Assembly (NCBI GenBank): GCA_003971905.1
Contig: RSEE01000081.1
Span: 124,001-188,000 of the forward strand
DNA: 64,000 nt
DNA from: Moniliella sp. 'wahieum'
Taxonomy: Eukaryota
Reading direction: 5' to 3'
Shown: piece by piece, positions 23,105 through 35,900 of the stretch
How the letters are laid out: each line of letters opens with the position of its first letter
How positions within the stretch are numbered: the stretch's first letter is position 1
Program-made: the position numbers and the translations under genes
Notes under the pieces: generated by a model
Database searches by the model: none
Told to the model about the DNA's origin: nothing
The model's input: only the letters and a program-made list of their open reading frames with translations

Positions 23105-26100
23105 GGCAGTGACTAGTGACTAGTGACTATTAGTGACTGGCAGAGAGAAGACGGAAATAAGTGAGACGGCGTGGGGCATGTGTGCGATGGCATATGTACA
23201 GTTGGTGTTAGATGAGGTTGAGTCTATCGCAGAGTATGAGCATGGCCTGGCCTGGCATGGCAGCGCAGGAAGCCACGCGGCGTTTGGGTGTTCGAATGTG
23301 GCTGTGGGTGCTGGTGAGGCGGTGACCAGTGAGGCCTGAGGCTGGTGCGGTCAAATAGTTTCACTGTGTCTGAGGAGTGAACTAGTGAGCTAGTGAGGGG
23401 GCCTGAGGATGAGGCGGCGGGGCTGAGGCTGAAGCTTGGCGGCAGGCAGAGGCTGAGCGGGCGCAGAAACTGGGTAGGGCTGGGCAAAACTGGGCAGAAT
23501 CGGAAGAGGCGCCACCTGGTAACTAGTAAGCAGAAACTAGGTCTATGGCGCGCGAAAAAGCACAGCGCGTTATCGTTCGGCGGCAGCAGAGCACAGAGGG
23601 AAAACACAAGCGGTTGTTGCCTGTTGTTGAGTGTGCAAGGAATAAGGACCACAGGGTGGTTATCGAGAGACAATCAGACCCCACCCAAATATTGACTAGT
23701 GACCCCATTACCAGCAATAGACTTGGCAGACCAAGCCTCCGCGGAGCTGGACAGGGGCCTATGGCCAGTCCATCCGTGCGGCACTGGTCCCAGGCGGTGG
23801 TTGCGGATGGAAACCCGGTTGTTCGCTTACCTGCTTGCTACGTACCATGTCGACAAAAACCGGGACGCTGCCTCCATCGACCCCACCCTAGTTCCAAATT
23901 GGACGGCAACGGCCTCAGGGCCTCAGGCCTCAGAGGCCTCAAGCTCAGCCACTCAGCTCCGCGCTCATCGATATCATCGATCATCGATCGTCGTTTTCAA
24001 CACGTTGCGTACTGGGTGAGAGCAGATGCCTGTCCAGCCGCCTGCCACCGCCCGCCTCCACTACAAACAAGACCCACTGCTGCGCCACAATCTGAACTGC
24101 GTGTCAGGCGCCGCATCTCAGTCAGTGATCGGAGGCTCCGAGGCCTGAGGCCACTGTGCCAGATACCAAGATCTCAGATCCTCCAGATCTCATCAGCCAC
24201 ACGGCCTGCCCTTTTTGAAGCTAGCGTTCTGCAAACTATTGAACTCAATCTTCAAAGCGTCCTCGATGAAATCGATGATCGATACGACTGGGTCGGTCAC
24301 CGGTCGCCGAGATCCCTCTGGCGCTACATCCCCCAACAGCAGAGGGGACTGAGTCTCAGTACGGGACAGACTGACTACCGCTCACTGAGTACTGGCGGTA
24401 CTGACGTCTTTTTGACCGTGTGCAGGAAGGAGCAATGTTGCGTATATAGTTAGCACGCCACACGCCGGATGAGCGGGTCGGTTTAGAGGCGCAGTGCTTT
24501 TTTTGTCTCATCATCAGTGTAATGGTCGGGCGATACGAGCGAGGCCAAGTACCAAGGGAGGCAAAGGATGCACTGGTAGGGAAAGGAGAACAGGATCGGC
24601 GACGAGCAGCGAGAAGATTTACCTGATTAGCTAAGAGGTCCGTGACAATCAGCCTTCAGTAAAAGCTCTGTAAATGAAGATACCATAGTTCTACAGGAAA
24701 GAGTTATCGACCCTCGGTTACTTGTAGTCTTTGTCCACCCTTGTCCCAACTTGCCAAGGTCGTTATTGTCTCTTCGCTTTCTTCACCCCTCTATGACGAA
24801 AGTTTGGTGTCGCGTCTCGCACCGCTTTCCGGTGGTACTTGGGCATATTACCTCTTGTGCGTTTCCCACAGTTACCATCTTCCCGAGAGAGTCAACAGTC
24901 CGTCCATTCGACCGGTAAAAGTGGCAACGACAACGACAACGACAACGTTGTCTTAGGCCTGATTTTGGTCTCTTTACAGGACCTTTTCCAACCTGCGTAC
25001 TCTGCTCCGTGTCCCGAGATTGCCCGGGGGTTGCAACATTTTTTGCCCCGAGACAGCTAGTAGCCTTGTGTATTTGAAGAATATCTCTTCTTCGCCTCTA
25101 TACATATGATCATCGGGGGCTCAACGTTCACCCCAGCTCGGCTCTGCCACAAGAAGTGAAATCGCGGGCATACCTTGCATGCGATAGCCCCGATTTAAGC
25201 TCTGAAATCGGGGTTATGGAGGCGAAGGGCAGGGAAGAGTGGAAATGGAACACTACCCGTATTACAGGGGTTCGAGCAGTTGGAGGTCAACTCCTGCAGA
25301 GACTAACCCTGCAGCTATTTTGGTCAACTTGGGATGCACGATCGTGGCCATTTCTCCGCACCAAGACCCTGCTAGGCAGGGCGATCAAGGCCTGACTAGA
25401 CGGGGCGGACTGTTGTGTCAGGCGGCGACCTATTATATAGCGTGGTACGCCATTTTCCGCGGAGTAGAGACCCGATATGTCATCTCTTTCAGTGGAGTGT
25501 TCCTCTTCGACCCGGTGCAACTGTCATGGCGGGGCAGTTTCGTCGAACCAGACCTGATCACAACGTCACGGCATCTGCATGATTGGCAAGGCCGCGGACC
25601 TGTGGTGACTTGAACTCATTTCCTTACTTCCCCTCCCTTCGGACTTTGACTAGACTCTCCCGCTGTCATGAACGCATCACGGCCTATGCATGAGTATGGG
25701 CAGTACGGTTCTCCCTGCAGAACCTGGCTATGCATCATACTGGCAGCTAAGAAGCTTGGCATTTTTCTCCCATTTCGACTCTCTTTGGTTCCACCAAGCT
25801 ACGCCTCCAACTTGCTCACGCAAGAATATGAGAGAGCATCAACGCCTAGACAAGGATTCAGGTAGGGCACGGGCTTGTCCCTACACATACTTGACCCTGT
25901 GGCTTCCCGGGTCGAGTTGGAGGCTTCCGATACGGTTGACTGAACTATCTATGTTCGGTAGGCGGGTGCTGTTTGTCCACGATCTGGAGGCCCCATTTAG
26001 GTTGCCACATCGGGCACACGGAAAAACGGCTGTGAAGGGAGACGGGCTCAAGAAGAAGTGGTCCTCATCTTCTCCATCTTCTCATCATTCAACATGCTCT

Positions 26101-27192
26101 TGAAGATGTCTTATCCTTACCTACTTCAAGAGTTTTTGACTCGAGGCACCGGTGTTCTCGTGTCGACCTTGGAGGTCGTCGAATTGTGCCAAACACACCG
26201 GCGCTTACCACCGCTGCATGCTGAGCGCTGGGGTTAACTATTAGGTTGAAACCTGATGTATGTATTGGTGAATGGAGGGGCTTAATGTGGCTACCGATAG
26301 CCGGGGCATCTGGTGCTATCTTTCCTCTTAGATCTCTTCTCCCTTTCCCCTAGAGAGGATTTTTTTCCCTTTCGTTTTTCTATCCTTTCTTTTCTCCCTT
26401 TCCGTCGTCGTTTGCCGGCGGGGAATTGCTGTCGGGCCAAAGCTCCTTGATAGTGGCCTGGTGCCATTGGGGGCTATAGGGCTGTGCCTACGTGGAATTT
26501 GCGGCTGGACAGAAGGTTTTGGAAAACAAACGAGACCGACGCTCGCGTTCTTGGCCCTCTTCCAAGTTTGCCTTTTCGTTTTATCGCCCTAGACTCCTCC
26601 TGTCTTCCCTTCGTCCTTTATCAGCGGCTAACCCTTGTGGCTTCACTCCTTAAAAGATTGTCCATTCCCTTATTCCTGCCTTAGTTGCCTCGTCGGGCCC
26701 TGGGCTTTAGGCCCCCTTGAAACACTTGGGATCTCAGGCGGCCTGATCTCAAGGTCGTGGGTGACACCGGTGACAGCACGTGACCCCGCCTGTGATTAGA
26801 TTAATCGATTATTCGATCGATCCTTGCGCCATGGACACTGCTCTCCCTCTCCGCTGCCCAGGGGCCCGGCACGAGGGCAGTGTCAACCACAATTCCGCAC
26901 GCAAAATTGTCCTTCTTTTTTTTTTTTTCGCGAGGCCAACCATTCTTATCGCAGTTCCTCTTATCTCCTTCCATCGGTCGTCCTGGGTCCAAAGGAGGTC
27001 CGCCTGTGTGGTGTGCGTGCGTCCGTCTGCCGTTTTCCTCATTACCGTTCCTCCATATCCGCACTCCCCCACCACTAGCCAAGCAACCTCTTGTGAGAAG
27101 GCTCACAGATTCGAATCCTCCCCTCCCTTCCTCACCGCCCCCTATATCTCCCGGGCATCGCAAGAGCAAACACAGGCGAACGTGGCACCCAG

Positions 27193-28540
27193 CATGACTT
27201 CTCCCACGGCTACTCCCGGGCCGCCAATCAATTTTGGACCACCCAGTCCTGAGGCCAGCACTTCGCACTCATCCCCCCACCTCACAGATAAGAAGGACGA
27301 CTCGACCCCCTTGACCGACCCGACCGGGTCCGACAAGCCCAAGCCTCGAGGGAAGGGCAAGGAAGGTTCCTTGCTCTGTACCAACTGTGGCACGGATACC
27401 ACCCCGCTCTGGCGTCGAGATGAAGAAGGCAATCCCAACTGCAATGCCTGTGGGCTGTTCTACAAATTGCACGGTACCCAGCGCCCAATCAATTTGAAGC
27501 GCTCTGTTATCAAAAGGAGGAAACGTAACCCCGCCCCTGCCCCGGCACCTGCCCCTTCTGCCCGTGCTGCATCTGCCGCACTTCCTGAACCTGGCGCGCC
27601 TACTACTGCTGTGCCTCCCCTCCCGTCGAATTCCCAAGACGCAAGCCCTTCTACTTACGCCCTGGCTACAGAGCAGTCTACCCCTCTTTCGCCGAACGGA
27701 AGTTTCCCGAGTGAAAGTGGGAGTGAGAGTCCGCTGGCATTCCAAAGGCCTCACAGCTCTGTGCCTGTATCCCCCGATCCAGATCGTGAGCGAGAAGCAG
27801 CTATGGTGTTGATGGAGGTGGGGGCACGGCGCCCTCCACCCCCGCCCGGGTACGAGAGGTTTACATACCCCCCGCGGATGGGGTACGTGCAGGAGGAGCG
27901 AGTGAGCAAGCGCCCGCGCCCAAACGAAGCCAATGCCGCCGCTATGGCTGCTGCTGACGCTCTTGTTCTCCGTCTGGGACGGCCAAGTTCTACCCTTCGC
28001 TCTACTTCCCAGCCAACACACAAAGGGCGGTATCCTGATCCCAGGCGTGAATGGGCCTCCCACGAGCATAGCCCCCAAGTTAGCCTCCAGACCTTACCAG
28101 AAACTTCTGGGACCTTGCCCCATCCACAAGGTCCCCAGAGCACAGATTGGATAAGCACGCTCCAGTCGGCATGCGACACGCTGCGCACTGAGAAGGTACG
28201 GATGGACGAGATGCTACAGCAATATGCAACGTTGTTAACGGATGCACGCTCTGCCCTCTTGCCGTCTCACCCCCCTCCCACCTCCGCCGGGCCCATTCAC
28301 AAGTTCCTACCTCTTCCACCCGGACATTACCTTCACTGGAGGGCGGATCGATGCGCGTCGCCTCGCCCCGTGTGCCTCTCCTTCCCGCTTCGCCCATGGT
28401 TTTGGCACCCGTCTCCCCTGTTCGGGTCTCAAGACTAGTTAGCCCAGAGTGGTCTGAACCTACCCACCGCGGTCGTCCCCGAGCAGATCAGGCACCAACG
28501 AGCTCGTCTCCCTCGATGAGACCATGTCGCTGTCCTGAAC
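27193..28540 (+). CDS. GATA zinc-finger transcription factor (single C-x2-C-x17-C-x2-C finger plus predicted coiled coil)
   Basis: [50 protein letters not shown] at ~27378-27525. Heptad-like segment [29 protein letters not shown]. The 3' end is frameshifted, so the stop is approximate. Confidence 0.9.
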
Positions 28541-28625
28541 TTAAAAATGATATCGCATCTACTACTATCCAGAGCGACCCTCGGCCATGTAGGAGGACCA
28601 ATAGAAGGAGACGAAAATTGCCATT

Positions 28626-29762
28626 TCACGCCTGAAGGGCTTTGTTCACCAACTCATCCAGGTCGACCCCTTGGGTGGTCTGGAAAACAGTGCGCAAGTA
28701 CGTCCAAAGCTCAGCTTTTTTGCGCCAGTCTTGTCAGCGGCCATGGGACTCTTCCAGCCCTTTTGGGCCACGGGAACGAGGTAGGCGGCGTTAAGGTGCT
28801 TGAGGTCAACCTCAGGAGAGGTGGCGGCATACAGCTGGGTGTAGGCGCCCTTATTGGGTGCAGTCATGATACAGCCCAGAACGCTATCCATGAATGACGG
28901 CCCGCTCAAGCGCAAAAAGGGCTTGTACAGGTCTGTCGCAATTACACCTGGGTGAAGCGAAAGGCTGGACAGGTGCGCGACATTGTGCAGCTTGTCAGCA
29001 AACAGGTCACTGAGCCAAATATTGCCCGTCTTTGACAGTCCGTATCGCGCCCATGTTCCCGCCAGTTCGGGAAGCTTGCCCGACCACCCGTTGACTCCGT
29101 CCACGGTAGGGTGGGCGCCCGTCCCCAATCCCCAAGGGGTTCCCCAGTGACCAATACTGGAGACTTGCACCATCCTTACGCTCCCCATCTCGCCCTGCTC
29201 TGGCTTGGAATGAACATATTCCGATCGCCGTGCCGTGCGGACAAGCAGGGGGAGCAGCAGCGCTTGAAAGTACGCGTGGCCCACCACATTGGTTCCTGAG
29301 CCCAGTTAGTTTTCTTGCGCCAAACGACAATCGCAAAGCACGGAATGCGGGAGGAGACGGGGAGGAAGGGGAGGACGAGGGACGTACCAAACTGGATCTC
29401 AATGCCTTGCTTGGTCAGGGCGTTGGGCACCGCCATAATCCCTGCATTGGCCACAAGAATGTCCAAGCGTCCTTCGGCCCCAGCTTGATCCTTGAGGACC
29501 TGTTCGGCGGCACGCTTGACACTGTCCAAGTCCGCAAGGTCGAGCAGGAGTAGCTGCACGCGTCCAGCCGCCTCGGTACCCACATTGTGGGCGAGCTTGG
29601 CCAGGGCCGCCTCGCCGCGTTGCGCATTGCGCGAGCACAGGTACACCCGCGCGCCGTGCGCCGCGAGCTGCGCTACAGTTTCCCACCCGATGCCAGTGTT
29701 GCTCCCTGTAACCAGGGCAACGCGGCCGGTGAGGTCGGAATGTCGTTGGGGCTGAAGGGCAT
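28626..29762 (-). CDS. Short-chain dehydrogenase/reductase, retinol-DH/WWOX-like
   Basis: DLTGRVALVTGSNTGIGWETV (TGxxxGIG), LDLADLDSV, LDILVANAGIMA, GIEIQFG/TNVVGH, YGLSK (YxxxK), LHPGVIATDL, GAYTQLYAATSPEV. Intron ~29297-29385. Confidence 0.93.
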
Positions 29763-32700
29763 GGGCGATGGGGTGGGGGTGGGGGTAAGGGTAAGGGGAC
29801 AAGCGGGGCAGAGGCGCGAGGTGTATCTTATCCGCTTGGAACTTGCGACTGTGCTGTGAAAACGGGGCGGCTGGATCCAGACGCAGGGACCGACCGGGTG
29901 ACGGTCACCGGTATAACGCGTCGCCTGGGCAGGCCCCTCGGCCTGCCTCGGCCTAGAGCCAGCGGGCAACCTACCCGCAGAAGGGTCCCATCGCAGCCAG
30001 GAATGTCCCGCGCACGCGCCATCTTGCCAGCCATCGATCACCCGCTGGAAGCGTGACACTGGGGATCTGCACGGCTGAGACATGCGACATTGGCCCTGCT
30101 TACCTCAGCAAACACAGATGGCACGTGCTGCTTTTCAGAATCTCATTTCCCCACGCGGGGAAGATGGTCTGGTCGATGATCGATGTCGTCGAGGGTTGTT
30201 CGACAAGATAAGGCAACATTGCGCGCCTTGCTCTTTGCATGGGCACCGCATCCCAACGCAGCCTTTTGTGCGCCATCCAACTTTCTGGAGCTGTCCTTGG
30301 GTCCTTCATCTTCTTCCCGACCGTCACCGTGCACTCGTTATCTTCCTTTCTCGCGTTGTGTAGTTACTACGCTGAGACCGAGTATTGGCTCTGTTGACCA
30401 CAGGGTCCTATGGCCAGCCACCTCTGGCAAGGTCATCCTGACCATCTTACTCATCCGGGTACCACGCCAGTATCCCTATCCTCTGGCCTTGTACCACTCT
30501 TCCTTGTTCTCCTTGTTCTCCTTCTTCTTCTGATCCTCAGTCTGGGCCCAACGTTCAACCCAGCTCCTATCTTCTCATCAACACTCTGCATAACTGCACT
30601 TAGGACATCGCTGGGTCATCAGGATAATTAAGCTCGTCGATTAGACCGTGGACAACCGATGTACACCGTTGTTTCAACCTGTGCGATCTGCATTGAGCCC
30701 CTTTCGTACGGTAAATAGCAGGTCAAAGAACCCCTGTGTTTTGGCGTTTTGGATCCTAATTTTGCCTAATTTGGATCCTTGGTTGTGGACAAAAATGAGG
30801 AGTGAGCCGAGTTCAATGAGGTTCCGGCGCAGGTCATCACAGGGCATTAGTTTCCTGATATGTACGTCTCTCGTTTTCTGCGAGGTTCTGTCCTCTAATG
30901 CGTTTATCATACCTGGTTGAAGAGAGGAGGAGAACCTGCCCTTCCCTGGGGCTCATTTTATACATTTTTTTTGACCGTTCCCTTTCTGGCTACTAAGTCA
31001 GTGGGAGAAGCCTTTCCTGCTTGGTCTCCGCATTGAACCCCTTTCTGAGGGCCGCAGACTGTTTTGTTTGTCCCCTTATCCCTTTCTTCTCGTTGTTGTC
31101 TATTCATCGTCATCGATCTATCTATCTATCTTAGTTATCCATTCTGAATTCATAGTAGCATTTGCAGAATTTAGTAAACTAAGTGGCAACAAAGCGTTGT
31201 GCCTACCCTGAGGCTCTCATCCGGCGGGGCGGTATATGCTGTGGCTATACTATGCTGGCTATTGCTGGCTGCATGTTCGTGTCCCAGAAGAGACGAACAT
31301 GGCTGGCGGGTCTTCAACAGAGTCTTTATCCCTCCTGTCATCTTCCTGCTCCCAAGCAAGCTTCGGCTCGTACTTCAAAGGAAGGAAGAGGGGCGTGCAA
31401 GGATACAAGCCCTTCTCAATGTTTGGTCGGCGCAGGTTAAGGTAGGCACCTAACCTCGAGAGCCGAAGGAGACAAGGGCGCGCTTTCGACGGTTTGTGAT
31501 CATGGAATGGGATAGGGCCTCCAATGGCGGCAAGCTTGGCTGAACCTACGTGTTTTATTTGCCTTTTTCGCTCAACATTCAATTCTATCCTCACAGGCGC
31601 GCAAGTGGGGTCTGGCCAACGATGGCACCAGTAAGCCGCCCTATAGTATATTAGGTAGGTCAGTGGATATAACGGCGACGCCATTCATCCCCGATACAGT
31701 AGAGATGAAAAAGCTGTCTAGCAAGGCGAAAGGACACGTCTCAGTGAAGGGGGTACGCGATGTTACGGGTCTCCCTGTTTCAATCCGACCCTCAGTCCCG
31801 ATGATAGTTGCCCAACAGTTTCAAGAGAGCTTCGCTCCCATGAAGCCCCACCAACAAGTGCGATGGTGAAGTGGTTGAACCATTGATGTGGTTCATGTTG
31901 CCACTTGCCTCGTATCCTTAGCGAGTCCACTCTTCCAACCTCAAAGGGATTGTACTAAAAAACTGCGGGTTGGCCTTCTAGCGGGGCTCACATAACAATG
32001 GGAGGGCGTTGCCATCGCGGCCGTGGCGCGGTAACTTTCTCTATATAAGTACGGACCGTAAAGTCTCACCTGTCGGACGATGCCGGTTCCCCATTCCCTT
32101 CTTGTTCCCCTTTTCTCCTCTGCAGCATTGTTTCTGTTTCACTACTTTTTATATGCTTCTCAGAACCGTGGGGTTTCTCCCACGGTCGGGGTGGTCCACT
32201 ATCTTCAATCAACCAGGGCCAGGCAACCGCTTGCACTCCTAGCTGTATTTTGTCAGGAAATGACGTGAGATGAACAAAGGGGAGCAGATGGATTGGACAT
32301 CTATGGGCCGACTACAGGTAAATGTGCCTCATGAAAGGAGGGGCACAGCTGAGAGGAGGACAAAATATCCTAACTGCCAATATGAATCACGTCATAGTGC
32401 TCGCATGGGCATAGTGAGCCAAGCATAGCAGGAGTCTGATATGCGTGAACCACAGCGCGTCCTATCTTCAGCCTCCTCATTTGAATACTCTTAAAGTCCG
32501 GCCCTAGCTTGTCCCCTTACTTGCATCCAGATCCCGAGAGAGTTCACACTGTTGCAGGACGTTAAAGGAGACCAGTTTCTTGCCTGTTGACATTGGTTAG
32601 TCAAATAGCGGGGATAAAACCAACATACCCCTGGCTCAATGGCAAGCCCCAAAGTCCATATTGACCCATCGCAATGCAAAAAAGTACTCTCGAAGACGAT

Positions 32701-32818
32701 TGCACTGCATTCGATGGTGCTAGAATGATTAGTAGTATAAAATGCAATACCAATAGTAATCCAGGGAGAGCGAACTAGGAGGATCAGATCCCTCAGTCGG
32801 ATACGTCGCCCATGCGGA

Positions 32819-32956
32819 CACGTCAATGACGTTTCTGACGTTCAAGGGGGTGACGTCGGCGACATAACTGATCTACAGGGGGATGACATCGAGGACATAT
32901 CTGACGTTCAGGGTGGTGACATGGACGACGTCACTGACCTGCAGCGCGCTGACATA
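32819..32956 (+). repeat. Four 33-bp imperfect tandem units encoding an acidic 11-aa repeat
   Basis: HVNDVSDVQGG / DVGDITDLQGD / DIEDISDVQGG / DMDDVTDLQRA / DI, in frame from 32819. Confidence 0.8.
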
Positions 32957-35900
32957 ATTGCCTCACCCACGGCAAATTACTCCTCTGACATTTTTGAAGG
33001 TATTTTATATCTTAAACATAAATGATGTCTTTTGGTGATCCGCTATGCCCAACATACCCCTCGTAGTGGGAAGGCAAGCGCGCAGGTTCCCCGACACTGT
33101 TGGTGTGGAAGCAAAGGAGGGGTACATTTGAACCCATTGATACATAGACGGGCAAGGAAATGCGCGCAGTGACAAGCAGGAGCGAGGGGCATCCCAAGAA
33201 GGTGGATGAGAAGTAGGAGGGGAAGGAGATGGAGGCGGGCTACCTTTCATACACCCCATCGGCAGTGGAAGGGCTTCGAAGTTGGGGGAGTGAGCAGGAC
33301 GAACCGGCGCGTATTAAAGCTGTTATCCAAGTGAAAATGTCCTAGACATTATATACCGCATTGAGACTTTATGAGAAAGGCCAGAGTGGGTTGTAGTGAT
33401 GGTCGATCTTGGGCCTGTGGGTAAATGATTTTTTTTGGTCTCATGTATCGAATTGCTGCGGGGGCACGCGGGCGTTTTCTGAATCTCAGGCATTGGTCCG
33501 CTGTCATATGCATCTGTCTCAAACGCACTAGTGGACCATCACTAGGAGCACACCTCTAGCCACCACTACATTTGTACTTTCAATGAAAACACAGCTGTCA
33601 CATGCCGACATATCCCTGCCACTACAAAACATAGGGGGCGATGTTGATGTGCTAAAGGGTTCTGTACGATGTGGCTTCCCGAGAGTAAGATGAAAGAGAC
33701 TGAAAGACACCAAATCCACTCTGTGGCGCCACTCACTGGTACTCTTCCGTACCCACAACCAGTGGGTTCAGCGACAGAAGAAATGTGAGTGGATCAGAGA
33801 TCTTAACGGAACTCAACAGGGAAACTAGAAAACCCTGAGCGGCATAGGCTGGTCCCGTGCGTGTGGTCACTAGCATCTTGCCCTCTGCTGTACCGGCGGC
33901 ACTGAGGTGAGGGTGAGAGAAACTTGGTAGGCTCTTCTGTGGGACTATAGTATCTGAGATATGATTGACTGTCCATTAGTTTTACAACGATTTGATGCCT
34001 GACACACCTACACCCGAGACTCATTTCTCGTGGTCCGAATAATGAGTCTTATCGCTCTACTTAATTCTAATAGCTTGCCCGATTTAGAGGCCAATTGAGG
34101 ATCTCAAGCCGTTGAGGTCCTACAAAGTCCGAATACAAATATTTGGTGGAAGAAGGGAAGGTTGAGACGTATAAGCCGGAAACTTACACATTTGATCAAT
34201 TCAAGCCTTCATCTCAAAGGACAGTGTGAGTAGCTACACCGTACTACACTGCATCTAGTCCGGGTACAGCAAGGTAGCTTACCTCCGACGCTGCACTAAT
34301 CACAGGTACCACCAGGGCAGTAAATGGATGACGTGCAGTTGTGCTGCCTCATTGGTCGTAAACAAATTGGCAATTTCTCTGCCAAGCATTTATGCTGTCC
34401 CATGTGTCTTTATATCGAACCCAGCACGATATACTTGCTAGTAGTCTGACTGACCTCACTCATAGTTCTGACCCACTACTGCCGAGATCTCAAGACCTTA
34501 TTAGGCATAACCCTGCTGATTCGGCGTTTAATTTCGTATCAGGAATACGCCATGCGGCCGATACCAGCATCATGTGCACATGCTCCACCCAATAGACGCA
34601 ACATCTCAATAGGCAGAGACTTAAACTCACGGAACCATAATCGAACATTGATTCCTATTGATTCATCCAGAATGGGCTTCACTAAAAGGGAAACAACACC
34701 AAGCTCAACGGGGTTCTATTTTCTGTCTGGCATAATATTGGTTTTGTTAGATGCTGAATGAAGTCGTGTGTGATATCGATTGTAGTAATTGTTTCCTCAT
34801 ACAAAGAGATTTTGGTGAGTGATTCTATCCTTATACCAGCTTTGCTATGCCGGATGCAGGGGCTGGCCGGTGCCGCATCCCGATATATATCGGAAAATAA
34901 TAACATTTTTGCTTGGTTTTGCTGACGATAGAGGAAGACTTCAGGGGGTTGTGGCGGTAACCTGTTCGTAAAAACACCGCTTTCAGTAATGATACAAACA
35001 GTGCAAATGTGAGACTCCATTGGTGAAAAATCTACACTTTGATATCGATGGGATGTGCGATGGAATGTAACCTAAATGCTTTATGCCGCCGAGTTCTCCT
35101 TTGCCTTCTATTTGGGGGGGGTTATCAGCAGTGGCCAACTTGTTCGTATTCAGATCTGGAACTGGTCCCTATTTTCGTTTTCTGTCTAAGAACCACGCAC
35201 AATAATAACATTCTGCGTATCTCGGTTAACTGGGGCTCGGGGCGGCAATCGCCTCTATGCCATATTGACATGGCTCTGCCTTCCGAGTTGATCGCACTTG
35301 AGTCCGATTTTTTTCGGGGCTGATCCCCCTCTCTTGTCGCATCCTTGCTACGCTTAAGACTACCTCCTAAGTCACCATTGATTGTACTCATGAGGTCCAA
35401 AGACGTGTTTGGACAGAGAGGTCTTTCTTGGTGGCCGAGCTAATGTAAGTCAAAGAAGTTCTTTAGTTGAACATGTCGATGAGGCTCGTTATTTACCAGC
35501 TGTCCCACGCATATTGGTAGACCTCAACCTCTGTCGCTTGGAGCGCAGCGCGAAAAAATATCAAAAGGAGGGTACTGATGAGACCTGCGGTCCTAGTGAC
35601 CCTGGTGGATACAGGCTTGGGCCAACTTGCAACACCTACAGAGGGACTTCAAACAACAAGTAGCCACTAAGCTTGAGAACAAAGAAAATAAGAGAGGACA
35701 ACAACGGCATTCCCTGATCTGAGGAGTAACTGAAACGAAACCAAGCGGGTCAAAACACGAACCATTCGGTGGTTCACCAAGTACTTATTCTCAACGTTTT
35801 GTAGTTGCTTGCGTGTCGTCCAGTATTGGCAAACCAACACACAAATCCGTCTCGAGACTTCTACTACTACTACTGCTGCTGCGAAATGGGAGTGTGTGAT

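Noticed and set aside
23545..24453. 302-aa + strand ORF ending in CCVYS (CAAX-like)
   Set aside because: Runs through a repetitive promoter-like region with no domain. CVYS is a poor CAAX, there is no short pheromone-like precursor and no receptor gene nearby.
26780..27192. N-terminal extension of the GATA ORF in the track
   Set aside because: Begins at GTG and crosses a poly-T tract. It looks like promoter/5' UTR; the ATG near 27193 is more plausible.
28620..28630. Stop-codon readthrough (TGA CTA) creating a cryptic PTS1 on the SDRs or the hydrolase
   Set aside because: The stop contexts are TGA AAT, TGA CCC and TGA AGT; none matches the readthrough motif.
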